Shown here one piece after another: positions 1 through 14,360 of a stretch of 64,000 bases of DNA. This stretch comes from the human T2T-CHM13v2.0 reference genome, Homo sapiens: assembly GCF_009914755.1 (NCBI RefSeq), contig NC_060935.1. One strand, written 5' to 3'. The stretch's first letter is position 1; every line of letters starts with the position of its first letter. The translations under genes and the position numbers were made by a program. A model generated the notes under the pieces. The model did no database searches, was not told the origin of the DNA, and worked only from the letters and a program-made list of their open reading frames with translations.

Positions 1-3000
1 CTATAGCACTTTAAACCAAATAGACCTAACAAACATCTATAGAACACTCTACCTAGATCAGCAGAGTACATATTCTTCTCAAGCACATATGAAACATTTT
101 CCAGGAGAGACCACAGGCAACTTCATAAAGCAAGTTTCCACAAATTCCAAAAGATTAAACTCATACCAAGTATATTCTCTAACCATAATAACATAAAATT
201 AAAAATCAATATCAGAGAAAGTTTGGCATATTCACAAGTATGTGGAAACAACGCATTTCTCTATAACCAATGAATAAATCATAAAAAATTCAAAATGTCT
301 TAAAGTACAATATACCAAACCTTATGGAATGCATATAATGCACTACTAATATGGCAAGAAATTGCTATATTAAAAAGTAAAATGTATCAAGTCAATAGGC
401 CAACCTTCCACTTTATGAAACTAGAAAAAGAAGACTTCAAGTAAGTCCAAAGTGAACCCAAGAAAGAAAATAATTTGGGCTACAGTGTTAATAAATTTAA
501 AAGAAACTAGAGAAACAATAGAGAAAAATCAACAAAACCAAAACTAATTCTTTGAAAAGATTAACAAAATCTACAGACCGCTAGGTAGACTGACCAAGAA
601 AATGAGAGAAGGCTTCACCTACTAGGACCAAGAGTGGAAGAGGGGTTATCACTATTGACTTTACAAAAATTAAAAGAATTATAAGGGAATAATGTAAACA
701 CCTGCCAATAATTTAGAAAATGTAGATATTATGGAAAAATTCCTAGATAGACATAAATTACAGAAACTGACTCAAGAGTAAATAGAAAATTTGAATAGAT
801 TATATTATTAATTTAAAAGCCTCTTACAAGGAAAAGCTAAGGCCAAGATGACCGCAATGGTGAATTTTGAAAAACACTCGAAAAAGAATTAATACCAATC
901 CTTCACAAACTTTTCTAAATATTATAACAGGAAGAGACAATTCTCAAATCATTCTGAGGCCACAATTACTCTGATAACAAAACCAGACAAAAACGTCCCA
1001 AGAAAACTACAGGCCAATGCATCTTATGACTATGGACACAAAAATCATTAACAAAATACTAACAAACCAAATTCAGAAACATATGAAAGGAATTATCCAC
1101 CATGACCAAGTGGGCTTTATCTTAGTGTAAGGTTAGTTTAACATAATAACAAATCAATTAATGTAATATACCAAGTTAATAAAAGAAAGTACAATAAGCA
1201 CATGATCATTTCAAAAGGAGCAGTAAATTATTTAACAAAATACAATCTCTTTCCTGATTTGGGGAAAAAAAAAAAAAACTCTCAACAAACTAGGAATAAA
1301 AGAGAATATTCTCAACCCAATGACAGGCATTCATAAAAAAAACAAAAAAAAAACCAAAAAAACAAAAAATATGTTTCTTAGGGAAAGATTGAATGCTTTT
1401 CCTCTAAGATCAGAGGAAGGTAAGAATATCCACTATAGCCACTTTTTAAAACATATTACTGGAGATTATAACCAGTAAAATTAGGGGGAGGGCAGTGCTC
1501 TAGAGTGGAAAAAATAAAACTGCTCTTTTTGCAGATGACATGATCCTATATATGGAAAATCCTAAAAAATCCACTAAAAAGCTATTAACACTGATAAAAT
1601 GTTCATTACAAAACATCAAAAATTGTATTTTATAAACAATGATCATTCTGAACATAATAAGAAAACAATTCCATTTAAAAATGTTATTTATATATTTTAA
1701 AATAATACGATACATAGGTATAATTTTAACAAAGTAAGTTCAAGACTTTTATACTGAATACTATACAACGTTGTTGAAAGAAATGTAACCATATGGATTG
1801 TAAGACTCGACACTATTGATATGGCAATACTCCCCAAATTAATTTATAGGTTCAACACAATCGCTATTTAAATCTCAGCTGGTTTTTTGAAGAAATTGAC
1901 AACATGATCCTAAAATGCATAAGAAAATGCAAGGGACTCGAATAGCCAAATAATCTTGGAAAAAAACAAAATTGTAAGACTCACATTTTTTAATTTCCAA
2001 ATTTACCACAAAGCTACAGTAATCTAGACACTGTGCTACTGGCATGAGGATAAATCAATGAAATGGAAATGAGAGTTTAGAAATAAACCTTGAATTTTTG
2101 GTCAATTGATTTTTAAAACAAGAATGAAGACACATTTCAATGAGGGGAAAAAATAGCCTTTCAACCACTGGTGCTGGAACAACTGGATGTCCATATACAA
2201 AAGAATTATGTTAGATCCCTATCTCACACCATACACAAAAATTAACTCAAAAATGAGCATAGACCTAAACATAACAGCTAAAGCTATAAAACTCTTAGAA
2301 AAAAATGTAAATAAATCCTTGTGGTCTTTGATTAGGAAGTGATTTCTTATGTATGACACCAAAAGCACAAGTGATGAAAGAAAAAATAAGTAAATTGTGA
2401 GATATAAAAATTATAATATTATGAGCTACAAATGATACCAACAAGAGAATAAAAATTCTAAGCACAGATTAGGAGAAACTATATACAAATCATGTGTTCA
2501 ATAGAGGACTTTTATTCAAAATATATAACAAATTACAAATTACAACTCAGTAATAAAGACACAAACAAAATTTTAAAATGAAGAAAGTACCTGAATAGAC
2601 ATTTCTTAAAAGTAGATAGACAAGTGAGCAATAAATACATAACAAAGTTCTCAACATCTTTAGACATTTAAAAAAACGCAAGTCAAAACTTCAGTGAGAT
2701 ACATTCGTACCCACTAGGATGGCTATCATCAAAAAACAAACAAACAACAATTATAGACAAGGGTTTGAAGAAATTGGAATGCTTATACGCTGCTGGTGGG
2801 GTGTAATATGGTGCAGTCTTTTTGAAAACAGTTTGAAGCATTTCCTAAAAATATTGAACATATAGTTACCACATGCCATGGCAATTCCACTCCTAGGCAT
2901 ATATATATCAAAAAAAAAAAAAAAGCATACGTCCACACAAATACTTGTATATGAATGTTCATAGCAACGTTATTAACAATAGCTGTATTAGTAAGCATTC

Positions 3001-3988
3001 TCTAGAAGAACAGAACTAATAGGATAGATACATATATGAAGGGGACTTTGTTAAGCAGTATTGACTCACATGATCACAAGGTGAAGTCCCACGATAGTCC
3101 ATCTGCAACTGAGGAGCAAGGAAACCAGTCCGAGTCCCAAAACCTCAAAAGCAGGGAAGCAAACAGTGCAGCCTTCAGTCTGTGGCAGAAGGCCCAAGAG
3201 CCCCTGGCAAACCACTGGTGTAAGTCCAAGAGTCCAAAAGCTGAAGGACTTGGAGTCTGATGTTCGAGGGCAGGAAACATTCAGCATGGGAGAAGGATGA
3301 AGGCTGCAAGACACAGCAAGTCTGTCTTTCCACCTTCTGCTTGCTTTATTTTAGCCATGCTGGCAGCTGATTAGATGGTGCCAACCCAGATCGAGGGTGG
3401 GTCTGCCTCTCCCAGTCCACTGACTCAAATGTTAAACTCCTTTGGCAACACCCCTACAGACACATTCAGAACAATACTTTGCATCCTTCAATCCAATCAA
3501 GTTGACACTCAGTATTAACCATTGCAATGGCCAAAGAGTTGAACAACACAAATGTCCATTAACCAATAAATGGATAAGTAAAATGTGAAATATCCATGTA
3601 ATAGACTCTCATTCTGCCATTAAAATGAAGTACTGATACATTCTACAATATCAATGAACCTTGAAAACATGCTAAGTAAAAGAGGTCAGACACAAAAGAC
3701 CACATATTGTATGATTCCATTTATATGAAATGGCCGGAATAGGCAAATTTGTAATAACAGAGGGAAGGTTAGTGGTTACATAGGGTCCGGGAGGATGTTG
3801 AGGAGTGGGAGATAGATAAACGCTAAAGGGTAAGTGGTTTCCTTTAGGGGGAGCAAAAATGTTTCAATAACTAGATGTGGTGATGGCTGCATAACCCTGT
3901 GAGTATGCTACACAACGTTGAATTGTGCTCTTTAAATGGCTAATTGTATAATACATGAATTATATCTCAATAAAGTTATTTAAAAAAA
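1..3988 (+). mobile_element. Ancient L1 relic (L1MB7/8-like), ORF2 region and 3' UTR, cut by the window edge and interrupted by an MLT2A LTR
   Basis: Degenerate ORF2 with an RT motif remnant TTT GCA GAT GAC ATG (FADDM) at ~1528-1542. L1MB-type 3' end ...gaattatatctcaataaagttattt followed by an A-run. Many stops and frameshifts. Confidence 0.85.
2984..3526 (-). mobile_element. MLT2A (MLT2A2-length) ERVL solo LTR inserted into the L1MB
   Basis: Reverse complement matches the MLT2A start (TG..ATGGTTAATACTGAGTGTCAACTTGATTGGATTGAAGGATGCAAAG) and end (CTAATACA). About 540 bp. 5-bp TSD ATAGC (2979-2983) / ATGGC (3527-3531), and L1 sequence resumes after it. Confidence 0.9.
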
Positions 3989-3999
3989 GCAAAGGTTCT

Positions 4000-5050
4000 T
4001 ATGGGTGAGGATAAGGCTACTGCTATTTGCATGTTATAATTGCCAGAGTACCCATTAATAATAAAGTGCATAATTTCAAAAGTAGTATAGGAAAAATTAT
4101 GATGAGGAAAAAGTACCTAATTAATAAAAGAGGACAAGAAATAAGAGGAGAGAAACACAGAAAGGTGGAACGAATACAGGATACATAACAAATGTTATAT
4201 ATAAATATGCTAATCTATAAATACTTGTAGTAAATGTAAATGCAGTAAATGTTTCAAGTAAAAAACATTACCACTTTCGATTTTTAAAATCTTGCTACAT
4301 ATTCATAAGAAATGCCTCAAAAACATAAGGATCCAAAGTCAAAAATAAAAGTATGGCACAAATATTGTAGGCCTATTTCAATCAAATAAAGGTGATGCAA
4401 TTATATTGCTATCAGAGTAAATATCTTCATGGCAAAATAGGCTTGGTAAAGATAAAGAAGGTAAGTTCAGACGCGAAGAGAAGGAATGCGGAAAAAAGCA
4501 GAAATTAATGAAATAGAATACACAGATATAAAGATCAGCAGATCTAAAAGTTGATTGTATGAAATAGCTGTAACTGTTTAACCAAATTTGCAGTGAGACT
4601 GAGCAAAACAAAACTAACAATTACAAATAATCATCATTAAAATGAAAAAGAGACATAACTACAAATAGTATAGACATTGAAGCTATAATAAGATGATTAT
4701 TATGAAAAACCTTGTGCCAACAAATGTGAAAAAAATTAGAAAATATAACTAAATAAAACTAACCAAAAAATCTAAATTGCCTATTTCTATTTAAGTAATA
4801 AATGTTTACGTAACTTTATACCTTTCCACCATAAAAATCACATGCTGAGGTAATTTTGCAAGAAAGTTCTGCAAAATATTTTTTAAAATCCTATTTTCAT
4901 TGCATATAGACATTGCAGTAATAAAAAGTGATTACTCCCCAACTCATTTTATATGGCCACCAAAATCTTGACAACAAAACCTAACAGGCACAACAAGAGT
5001 AAAGAAACTTTGTGCCCAAGGACTGATATTATACAAGATGGGTTAAGAAA
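4000..5050 (+). mobile_element. Highly degenerate L1M fragment (start of ORF2 into the linker region)
   Basis: A-rich. taaatgtaaatgcagtaaatgtttcaagtaaaa resembles the ORF2 start (LNVNGLN). 4630-4740 resembles the [21 protein letters not shown] segment. Confidence 0.6.
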
Positions 5051-5055
5051 GTGTG

Positions 5056-5599
5056 AGCGAAGGGTAATTTTAAGTGCCAACTTGACTGGATTAAGGAATA
5101 GCTAACACCTGATAAAGTGTTATTTTTGGATGTGTCTCTGTGGGTGTTTCCAGAGGAGATTATCATGTGAGTCTGAGTGAACTAGGTGAAGAAGATTCAC
5201 CCTCCATGTGGGCAGGCACCATCCAATCCGTGAGGAGTCCAGAGAAAACAAAGGTAGGTGAGTCAATCTATTTGCCAAAACTGGGATACACTCTTTCTCG
5301 CCTATACTTGGACAAAGACTTCAGGCTCCACAGCCTTTGGACTCCTGGATTTGTGCTGACAGGCTTCCAGATTCTCAGGCCTTAGGCCTTGAGCAGGGAA
5401 TTACACCTAAACCTCCCAGGTTCTGAGGCCCTCAGACTTGGACTGAGCCATGCTACCAGCAGCCCAGGGACTCCAGCTTGAAGGAGGTTTATCATAGGAG
5501 TTCTTACCCTCCATGAACGCAAGAGTGCATCCCCTCTCACATTTCTCTGTCTGTGTATCTATATCCTATTGATTCTATTTGGAAAACATGACTAATATG
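5056..5599 (+). mobile_element. MLT2B-family ERVL solo LTR
   Basis: Starts ..taattttaagtgccaacttgactggattaaggaata.. and contains gggtgtttccagaggagatt and gggcaggcaccatccaatc. Ends in a gactaata-like terminus. Confidence 0.8.
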
Positions 5600-5609
5600 C
5601 ATGGAGTCC

Positions 5610-8225
5610 CCAGATTATAACATTAGGAATGAAAAGGGGACAGAACTACAGATCTTATAAACATTAAAAAATAATTAGGGGATTTTATAAATAATTGCAT
5701 ACTGATAAATTAGGTAATTTGGATGAAATAAACAAATTGTTTTAAAAATACAATTTACAAAGCTGACAAAGGAGAACTAGAAATAAGTAGCTTTATTGGT
5801 GAATTGGAAATATTCCAATCCTACACAGTCTACTGGAAAGTAGAAAGCATAAGCATTTCCCAATTTCTTATATAAGGCCTGATTCCAAAACTTGACAAGG
5901 ACATAGCAAGAATAGAAAATTATAGACCAAGTTTTCTCCTAAACACAGATGGAAAAACTCTTTAAATATTTAGCAAATCAAATCTAACAATACAGGAAAA
6001 AGGATAATTCAGTCCAAAAAACTGAGATTTATTTTGAGAATGTGAGAGAATTTAACATTTGAAAATCAGTTAATGTAATTCTCCACATTGACAGAAAAAG
6101 AAAAAAAATCACATTATAATCTTAATATATTAGACTCAGCACAATCAGTTGACAAAATTAAAACCAATTCATAATGAAAAAACTCTTCGTAAACTTGGCA
6201 TAAGGCTGTCTTAAGCTGAGAATTTTTAAAACTTCATAATTTAATAATGAAAAATTGTAAGTTTTCCTTCTCAAACAAAATAATGAGACTAGATTTATGC
6301 TAACACCACTTTTATTCAAAACTGTGTCAGAAGTTAACGCAATGAAGAAGAAAAAGCCAAAATTACTGGACAGGAAGTAAGGTTATTTTTCATAGACAGC
6401 ATGATTGCATATGTAAGAACAATCAAATAGAATATAAAAGATGTGTTAGCATTGGTAAATGCACTTAACAAGAAAACTGTATACAAAATCAAAACAAAAC
6501 AAAAAACATTTCTATAAATTGGAAACAAAAAACAAAATTTGAAATGATACCATTTATACTAGCACTAAAGCTATCAAACCTTCGTGAATAAACTTAAAGA
6601 AAGAAGGGCAAGGAAATCTACACTGGAAACAACAAAACTCTATTGAGATAAATAAGTCCTAAGTAAATGACAGTTTATATTATGCTCATGGATCAGAAGG
6701 CTCAATACAGGAAAAATGTCAATTCTTCACAAACTATATTCAATGTCATCCCAATTAAAATCTAAGCAGGCAAGCAGCTGTGCGTGCATGTGGCTGTACG
6801 TCTGCAAATTGACAAGCTGATATCTGCAAATATTTCAAACTGTAAAGGGCCAAGAATAATAAAAAATAAAGCTGGAGGACTTACTAAGAAATATTAAGTC
6901 CTATTATGAAGGAATCAAATCAGTGCAGTATTAGTGCACGGATAGACAAATAGACTAATGGAACAGAATAGGAAGTGTGGAAACTGACTCACACATATTT
7001 CACACCTGATTTTTCAGAAATATGACATTTCATCATAGGGGGAAGATTAATTTTTCTAATAAATTGTGACGGGTCAATTGGACAGGTAGATGAACAAACA
7101 TATATCTTGATCCCTACCTAACTCTATACTGAAATATCAATCCAGATAGATAGCAGTTCTAAATATAAGTAATATTACAATAAAGTTTTCAAAGAAAACA
7201 TAGAAGACCTTATCATGGATAGGTAAAGACTTTTGAAATAGGCCACAAACATGCTAACTATAATTCAAAAGAAATTGATAAATTATATTTTAATTAATAA
7301 ACTTCTGTTTATCAAAATCCACCATTATGAAATGGAAAAGGCAAAACACAGAGTACAATAATATACATTTATCCAATAAAGGACTCATACCAAAAATATA
7401 TAAAGAACTCTTACAAATCAGTAAGAAAAAGGTAAATCTGAAAAGGAATTTATTAAGTGGGAGTATCCAAATATCCAATAAATATATGAAAATGTGTTCA
7501 GCTTAGTCATGAGGGAGATGGACATTTAAACCTCAACGAGATTTTACTGTGTGCCATCAGAATAGTTATAGTGGAACATGCTGGAAAATAACAAGTGTTG
7601 AAGATTATACAACAACTAGTACTCAAATACATTGCCAGTGGGGTGTAATTGGTAGAATCATTTTGGAAACCTGGACAGTATCTACTTAGGCTAAATATGT
7701 GCACTCTCATGACCCAGAAATTTTACTTCTATGTAAACACCCAAAAAAAATGCCTATGGTTGTTTACCAAAAATATGGCCCAGCATGTTCATGACAGCAC
7801 CGTTTTTAATGGTTTTAAACAAGAAACTATCGATTACTTATTAACAGTAAAATTTAGAATAAATTGTAGTGCATTTATGAAATGAGATATAGACAGCAAT
7901 TATAATCTTTACACACAGCTATATAAATAAATATCAGAAATATAATGTTGAGTGCAGAGAAGTCAAACAAAAAAATACACTATATGATTTCATTTATAAA
8001 GTTCTACAGCAGGCAGGACTCATAGACATCAGGATAGTGGCTATCCTTTCTTTGACAGAGGTAGTAACTGGGGGAGGGGCATCTGGGATACTGTTCTTCA
8101 TGTTCTGTTTCTTGATGTGGACATCATTACAGGATGTGTTCATATGCTCAGTTTGTGAAATTTATCAAGTTGCATATGCATGATGTATGCACTTTTCTGT
8201 ATGTATAATTTAATTAAAAAAATAA
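5610..8225 (+). mobile_element. Ancient L1 relic (L1ME3-like), ORF2 remnants and 3' UTR
   Basis: Degenerate ORF2 blocks such as caatgtcatcccaattaaaat and gatagacaaatagactaatggaacagaatag. L1ME-type 3' end tttgtgaaatttatcaagttgca..tgcacttttctgtatgtat..aaaaa. Confidence 0.75.
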
Positions 8226-8739
8226 GAACACTCAGCTGTAGCTGTGATAAAAGTTTCAGGATGCCACCAACTGCCAACATGCTTTCAACACCCATGATGC
8301 TAAGTGTAATGCTACTGCAGAGAAAAAAAGAAGAGAAAAAAACAAAAACACAGACGAACAAACAAAACCACTTCACGACATTGCCTACCAGCAGCAACAT
8401 CCAAAACATTAGCACGCTGCCCCCATCTCACTCTTACTTCCCAAATATTGTGTGAGTTCTTCTAAGTAGAACATGATTCACACACAAGAAAATGCTAAAC
8501 ATGGGCCCCAGCCTCTGAAATACGGAAAAGCCTATGAGAAAATGGTTAAAGTGATGCTGAATGCCAAATCCATCAGTGCCAATCCATCATATCCCTTAAA
8601 AAGAGTGAGGTGCTTGTGTAACACAGCAACACATGAGCATCTTTTGGGGGAAGTTGGAAACATCAGTCCTGAGCTAAAGGTGATGTCTACACCCATATCT
8701 TTGGGGCCATCAGCATATGGCAAAGCAATCAAAATATCA

Positions 8740-9459
<720 letters not shown>

Positions 9460-9614
9460 CTAAATGGAACTGAGCTAATTATTTCACCCCTCTGCTTATT
9501 CAACTGTAGAAAACAGCAGGTAGGTGGCAGGATTAAATAAGTCAGTTCTCTCATGCACCTAGCACAAAGCTGTCATCTTATGCCCTTGAGGGTTTGTTTT
9601 TTAATTCCCTCTTT

Positions 9615-9712
9615 TTAAGCTCCTTGAGGGCAGGGACCACTCATGCTGGATTCTCTGTTGCATCCCCAGCATTTAGCATGCTGCTTGGCACATATATACA
9701 CTCAATACATGT
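9615..9712 (+). mobile_element. L2 3' fragment
   Basis: taagctccttgagggcagggac..atccccagcatttagcat..cttggcacata..ctcaata, typical of an L2 3' end. Confidence 0.6.
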
Positions 9713-10788
9713 TCCTTGCATAGAAGAAGGAAATCTTGGTATTGTAGCTAATCAACCAGAGTTGTAACCGATGTTTCCCTTATTCTAGCTACTCTTTTGA
9801 GACTATTTGTTAGTAGAGGCCCTATGGACAGAGTGCCAACTGCTCCACCAGGCTATAGCAAAGTGGAGCTCCATCTTCTCTTAAGGCCAAAGGAGAGGCC
9901 CTAGAAAAGTGTATTTTCATATATTAGCTGCCCTACTCTTCAGACTACAGTGTTACTCTTCTTGCATCTGTTTATAATCACTCATGCCACCATTCCTCAC
10001 AAGCAAGCAGAGGCTAACTGAACAAAAGGCAGCAGGATGATAGGTGGTGTAAATTTCCCAACTCCTTCTGCTTTTCATTCAGCTAAGCATACTTCAGCCT
10101 CTTAAAAACAATGTGATTTCTTGATGTTCTATCGAAATTTGCAGAGCTTCTTTTGAATCACCTCATTATAGCTGCCCCCTTCCACCTTGACTAAAATAGG
10201 AAAACAAAACAAAACAAAATAAGAGCTAAAATTCCAGATGGCTTATGTGTTTGAGGCTTTTATTTGTTTTCATTTTGTTGTTGTTGTTATGGTGAGTGAA
10301 GACCAATGGAAGTTGTACAAATCCAGTCTCGGGTCTCTACCTTACTGACTTGTTGAGAACCCCACTCTCACCAGAAAAGCAAGGCTGACAGAGTATATGA
10401 GCAGGATGAATTCTGGCTCAAAAATCCACAAAATGTCAGTGTCCGAAGGGCATACAAGATTATCTAGTGTATCCTCCGTACTTTAAAAACTGAAACCAAG
10501 TGAGGTGAACAATTTGCCCATGGTTTCTTGAGGCTGAACAAAATTTTGCATCCCTTTGATCTAATGCTTCTTCCTTTAATTTAAAGTGGTGTGAATTTTA
10601 AGCAAAATAAAATTCCACATGCTTCTGATAGGGTTGCATTCACTGCGTCCAAAAAGTCATTTAGTCTGAGGCTGTCAGTGATCGAGCCACCCTCTGAGCC
10701 TCTTTACAGGCATTTAAACCTATTGGAAATGTAAAACGGTATTTTTGCCAAAGCAAAGTAAAATCCCCTTGAACTGGGGCTTTTGTAG

Positions 10789-10823
10789 TGAGAGACAGAG
10801 AGAGAGAGAAAGAAACAGAGAGA
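10789..10823. repeat. (AG)n-like microsatellite
   Basis: gagagacagagagagagagaaagaaacagagaga. Confidence 0.7.
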
Positions 10824-12084
10824 ACTGAAGTGGAAAAAAGCAGAAGACAGATGATAAGAATTTGTATCTAAATATTATCTTTTATTATCTTTTTATAAAT
10901 TGAAGCTGTGTTTTCTTGCTCCTGTTGTTGTCTGATAAAGTCTGGCATAAGACACTGTGCCTTCCAGGTTAGTCTGAGGACAGGAGGCTTAGAGGTCCCT
11001 TTTCCGGAGCCACCAGATCCAGTACAGATAATTGACCATTGCTTCTCTTAGGGAGAGCTCTGTGACCACTTGATCACGGAACTTGCTTGATGTTGACAAA
11101 AATGCCCATGGATCTGTTAGGAACTGGGCTCACACAATCATTTATTTTCCCAAGTTCACTTCTGAATCATAACAAACCCTCAGTGGGCTCCAGAGAGACA
11201 GAGTTAAATAGTTTCCTCTATTCATCATTCTGGAGCTTAGAAACAATTAGCCCAACTAAACCGTATTTGTTCTATTAGAAATAGAAATGGTGGGTAGCTC
11301 TTCGCAAGAGCACACAGAGTCTGAAGCCAATTGACCCTGAAAATCATGCCAAACACAGAGAAAACCTTTCAGAGGGGCTGATCACCCCTCAAAGGTGGGG
11401 CCCAGGAAAGGGCCTGTGAATGTCAGGAGATAAAGTGACGCAGACACCAGAGGGCATTACTGGGACACTGTCACCATGCTACCTCCTACCTTCCCACTGC
11501 TCAACTCCCTCATCCAATATTGCTCCAAAGGAACAACTGTTGACCATCCCCAGGCTCTTAGCAATGTTTTGGCTTGAGAGACTCATTTGCCAAGTGGTTC
11601 GCGGCCTTATGGCAAAGTAATTGGGTTTCTCCCTTTTGATCCACACAGTCCAATAAAGACTATAAATACTTGCTTTTCCCCTTGAAAGCCCCCCCTTCCT
11701 GATTTCACCTGGGCACACATTTAAGTTTGGAAAGAGGAGGATGAAGTAGTGATGTGATGTGGGCCTGTAGTCTTGTCAAGACGAGTGCTCCTTGGAGATG
11801 GCTCTGTCGGAAAGAGAATGTGATGGTTCTCGGGGGTAGATGGAAGAACAGGAGGTGTAGTCCTGTGAGAGGGCCCAGGTGACTGTACAGCTACTGCTCT
11901 ATTTCCAAGGGGGAGAAATCATCACTGGAGAGGCCAGTTCTTGTGCAACTTCAGCCTCCATTTTCAAATGAGGGCACAGGGGATGCCCTCATTTGAAGGC
12001 GTTAGGATTAGGGGCAGCTGGAGGAGGTGCTCCAGCCCTCATTTCTTCATTTCCAGACCATTTGTCATTTAATACTTATTCAAG

Positions 12085-12312
12085 CAGGTTTCTCATTCTG
12101 GGCCCTAGGGGCATTTTGAACCAGATAATTCTATTTCATGGGAAGCTGTCCTGTACATTATAGGATGATGTTTAGGGGCATGCCTGGTCTCTACTCAATA
12201 GATGTCAGTATCAAATCTCACTTTTTAATGATGTGACAACCAAAAACCAAAAATGTCTCAAGAGATAGCCACATGTCCCCTCGAGAGTAAAATTGCCTGA
12301 GAAGAATCAGTG
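12085..12312 (-). mobile_element. MER20 (hAT-Charlie MITE)
   Basis: Matches the reverse complement of MER20: caggtttctca..ccagataattct..ctgtcctgtacattataggatg..gtgacaaccaaaaa..tgtctc..tgtcccct..aaaattgcc..cagtg. Confidence 0.85.
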
Positions 12313-12663
12313 GCCTAAAGGATCCAAATGCATTTTACAGGGCTCACCAATGACCTGCAGTTTGGACCAAAAGCTGCACTCAGAAGATTTAGACCCAAGC
12401 CAGTTCTGACCACCACCTGTCATTCCCACTGGAAAGGCACCCCAGAACCCAGGCACAGTTGTGCCAGAGCCCCACTCTAGGCTCCCTTATTCTTTCCCCG
12501 TTCCCACACAGATATGGGCTCTTCTGCCTGCCCTTGGAGTCCTCAGCCTAGTTTTAGAAGATCCAGAAAAGGAAACAAATAAAAATAAACAAAGGGGTAG
12601 ACATGAGCAAGGGAGAAAGCAAAATATTTAAAAGTAAACAGTCTGGGGGTAGTGAAAAAAATG

Positions 12664-12705
12664 TCTCTCTCTCTTCTCTCTCTCTCTCTCTCCCTCTCTC
12701 TGTCT
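12664..12705. repeat. (CT)n microsatellite
   Basis: Imperfect TC run. Confidence 0.85.
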
Positions 12706-14109
12706 TTAATAGAGCTCCTGGGCTTTCTCAAGTCAGCCGCTGCCTGAGTCTGGTTTTCATTTGCAGGCCCCCTCAACTTCACTTCTTCTCATAGATAATT
12801 TGACTTGATTACTTTCTGAAAGGGCAGACAGAGCTGGAGCAGCTTTGCACTCATTTACTTGTCACTCCTAGCACTGGCTTAATTTGGCTTGAGCTGCACC
12901 TCCCCCTCCCAGGAATGATTGTGAGGCTGGGATCCAACTTCCAGGGGAAGGGCTGGGAGGACATGGGCAGTCTGGCCCACTCTGTCCAAATTAGGCAGGC
13001 AGGCCCTTGCACGTAGAAAGGCTGACACCCTTTGACAGAAAAGGAATGGTAGCTTAACAAAAGGCTGAAGCGGTCAATTCCCCACCAGAATGAATTTTGA
13101 CTTTGTCCCTTGATATCAACATCAGCTAGGAATATAAAATAAAACTTGGGGATAGTTAAAAATCAAATTGTTGGCATGGTAAGGACAAGAACGCCTGGGT
13201 TGCACTTTTTTTTTCCTATTTCTCATGACACCTGGCACAGCACTGGGCACATAGAGGAGTTCGATAATTTTTTTTTTAATTTATTGTCATATTGTATAGA
13301 ACCCATTCTAATGAGACTGTGTTATGAGTGGTGTTACATTTTCCCAAAATATTGTTGTATAAACTCAGATTATTAATCTTTTTCATACTGTGGTAAAGTG
13401 TTACAGGACCAGATATTTTAAAATAAATGGTCTGTGGCCATGTCTCTGTAATTGTTTTAATTCTACTGTTTCTGAAAGGCTCATTTGAAGATTCTACATT
13501 TGTGTGTAGCTTTATGAAAACTATAGCCTTCAATTATTTTTTTTCCTAATTGCTAGTGAGTCTATTTTATAAACTAGGGGTTAGAAATGACAATGTGGTG
13601 GGGTTTTTTTGTTGTTTTTTTTGTTTTTAATGCTAGTAAGCTGTTTTTTGTTTTTAATATTATTTTTATTTTCTATTAATGGCTTTTGACAAAGCCTGTC
13701 CTCTCCAGCTCTTCACCATCCAGATGTCCCCTATGGCCTTATAAGTAATGCTTCAGATACTTATATTTCTTGCCTGGCTCCTGTTTGAAATAATATCATG
13801 GTTTATGCCAAACATACAGTGCTTGGAATATGTAAATCCATATTAAATTGCCATTGCTATTGTTAAAAATGGTCAAGAATCAGGAATTTTATATTGTTCA
13901 ACCTATAATACACTGTTAATTCTCTGCTATGAGACTAGAAATGAATTCTGCCTAGTTCTTGCTTCATAACTAAAAAGGGGTTCTATTCAAGACTCACAGA
14001 GGTGCTTAATAGTTACAGTTCGATTAGGGCTTCAAAGTCTTTAAAAAGACTTTGGTTGTCTGGGATTTTAAATTTGGGCATATGCGTACAAAGGAGTAGA
14101 GAAGAGAGG

Positions 14110-14360
14110 TCTACAGTGTGGGGTTTTGGATCAGAAATAATTTGGTTTGAGCTGCAGTTGAAGCCCACTGTGTCCTTGGGCAAGTGACTAAATCTTCCAA
14201 AGCTTCTGTTTCTTCATCTAGAAGTCCATAATAACAATGATATCTGATAATAATAACAAGATTGATCTAATATCCTTTCAGAGAAGAATGTTATGACTAA
14301 AGCGCTTAACACAAAGCCTCAAATATAATAAGCATTTGATTGATGGCAACTGTTATTACC
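14110..14360 (+). mobile_element. MIR
   Basis: MIR core ctgtgtccttgggcaagtgactaaatctt..cttctgtttcttcatct and 3' end taaagcgcttaacaca..taataagca. Confidence 0.7.
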
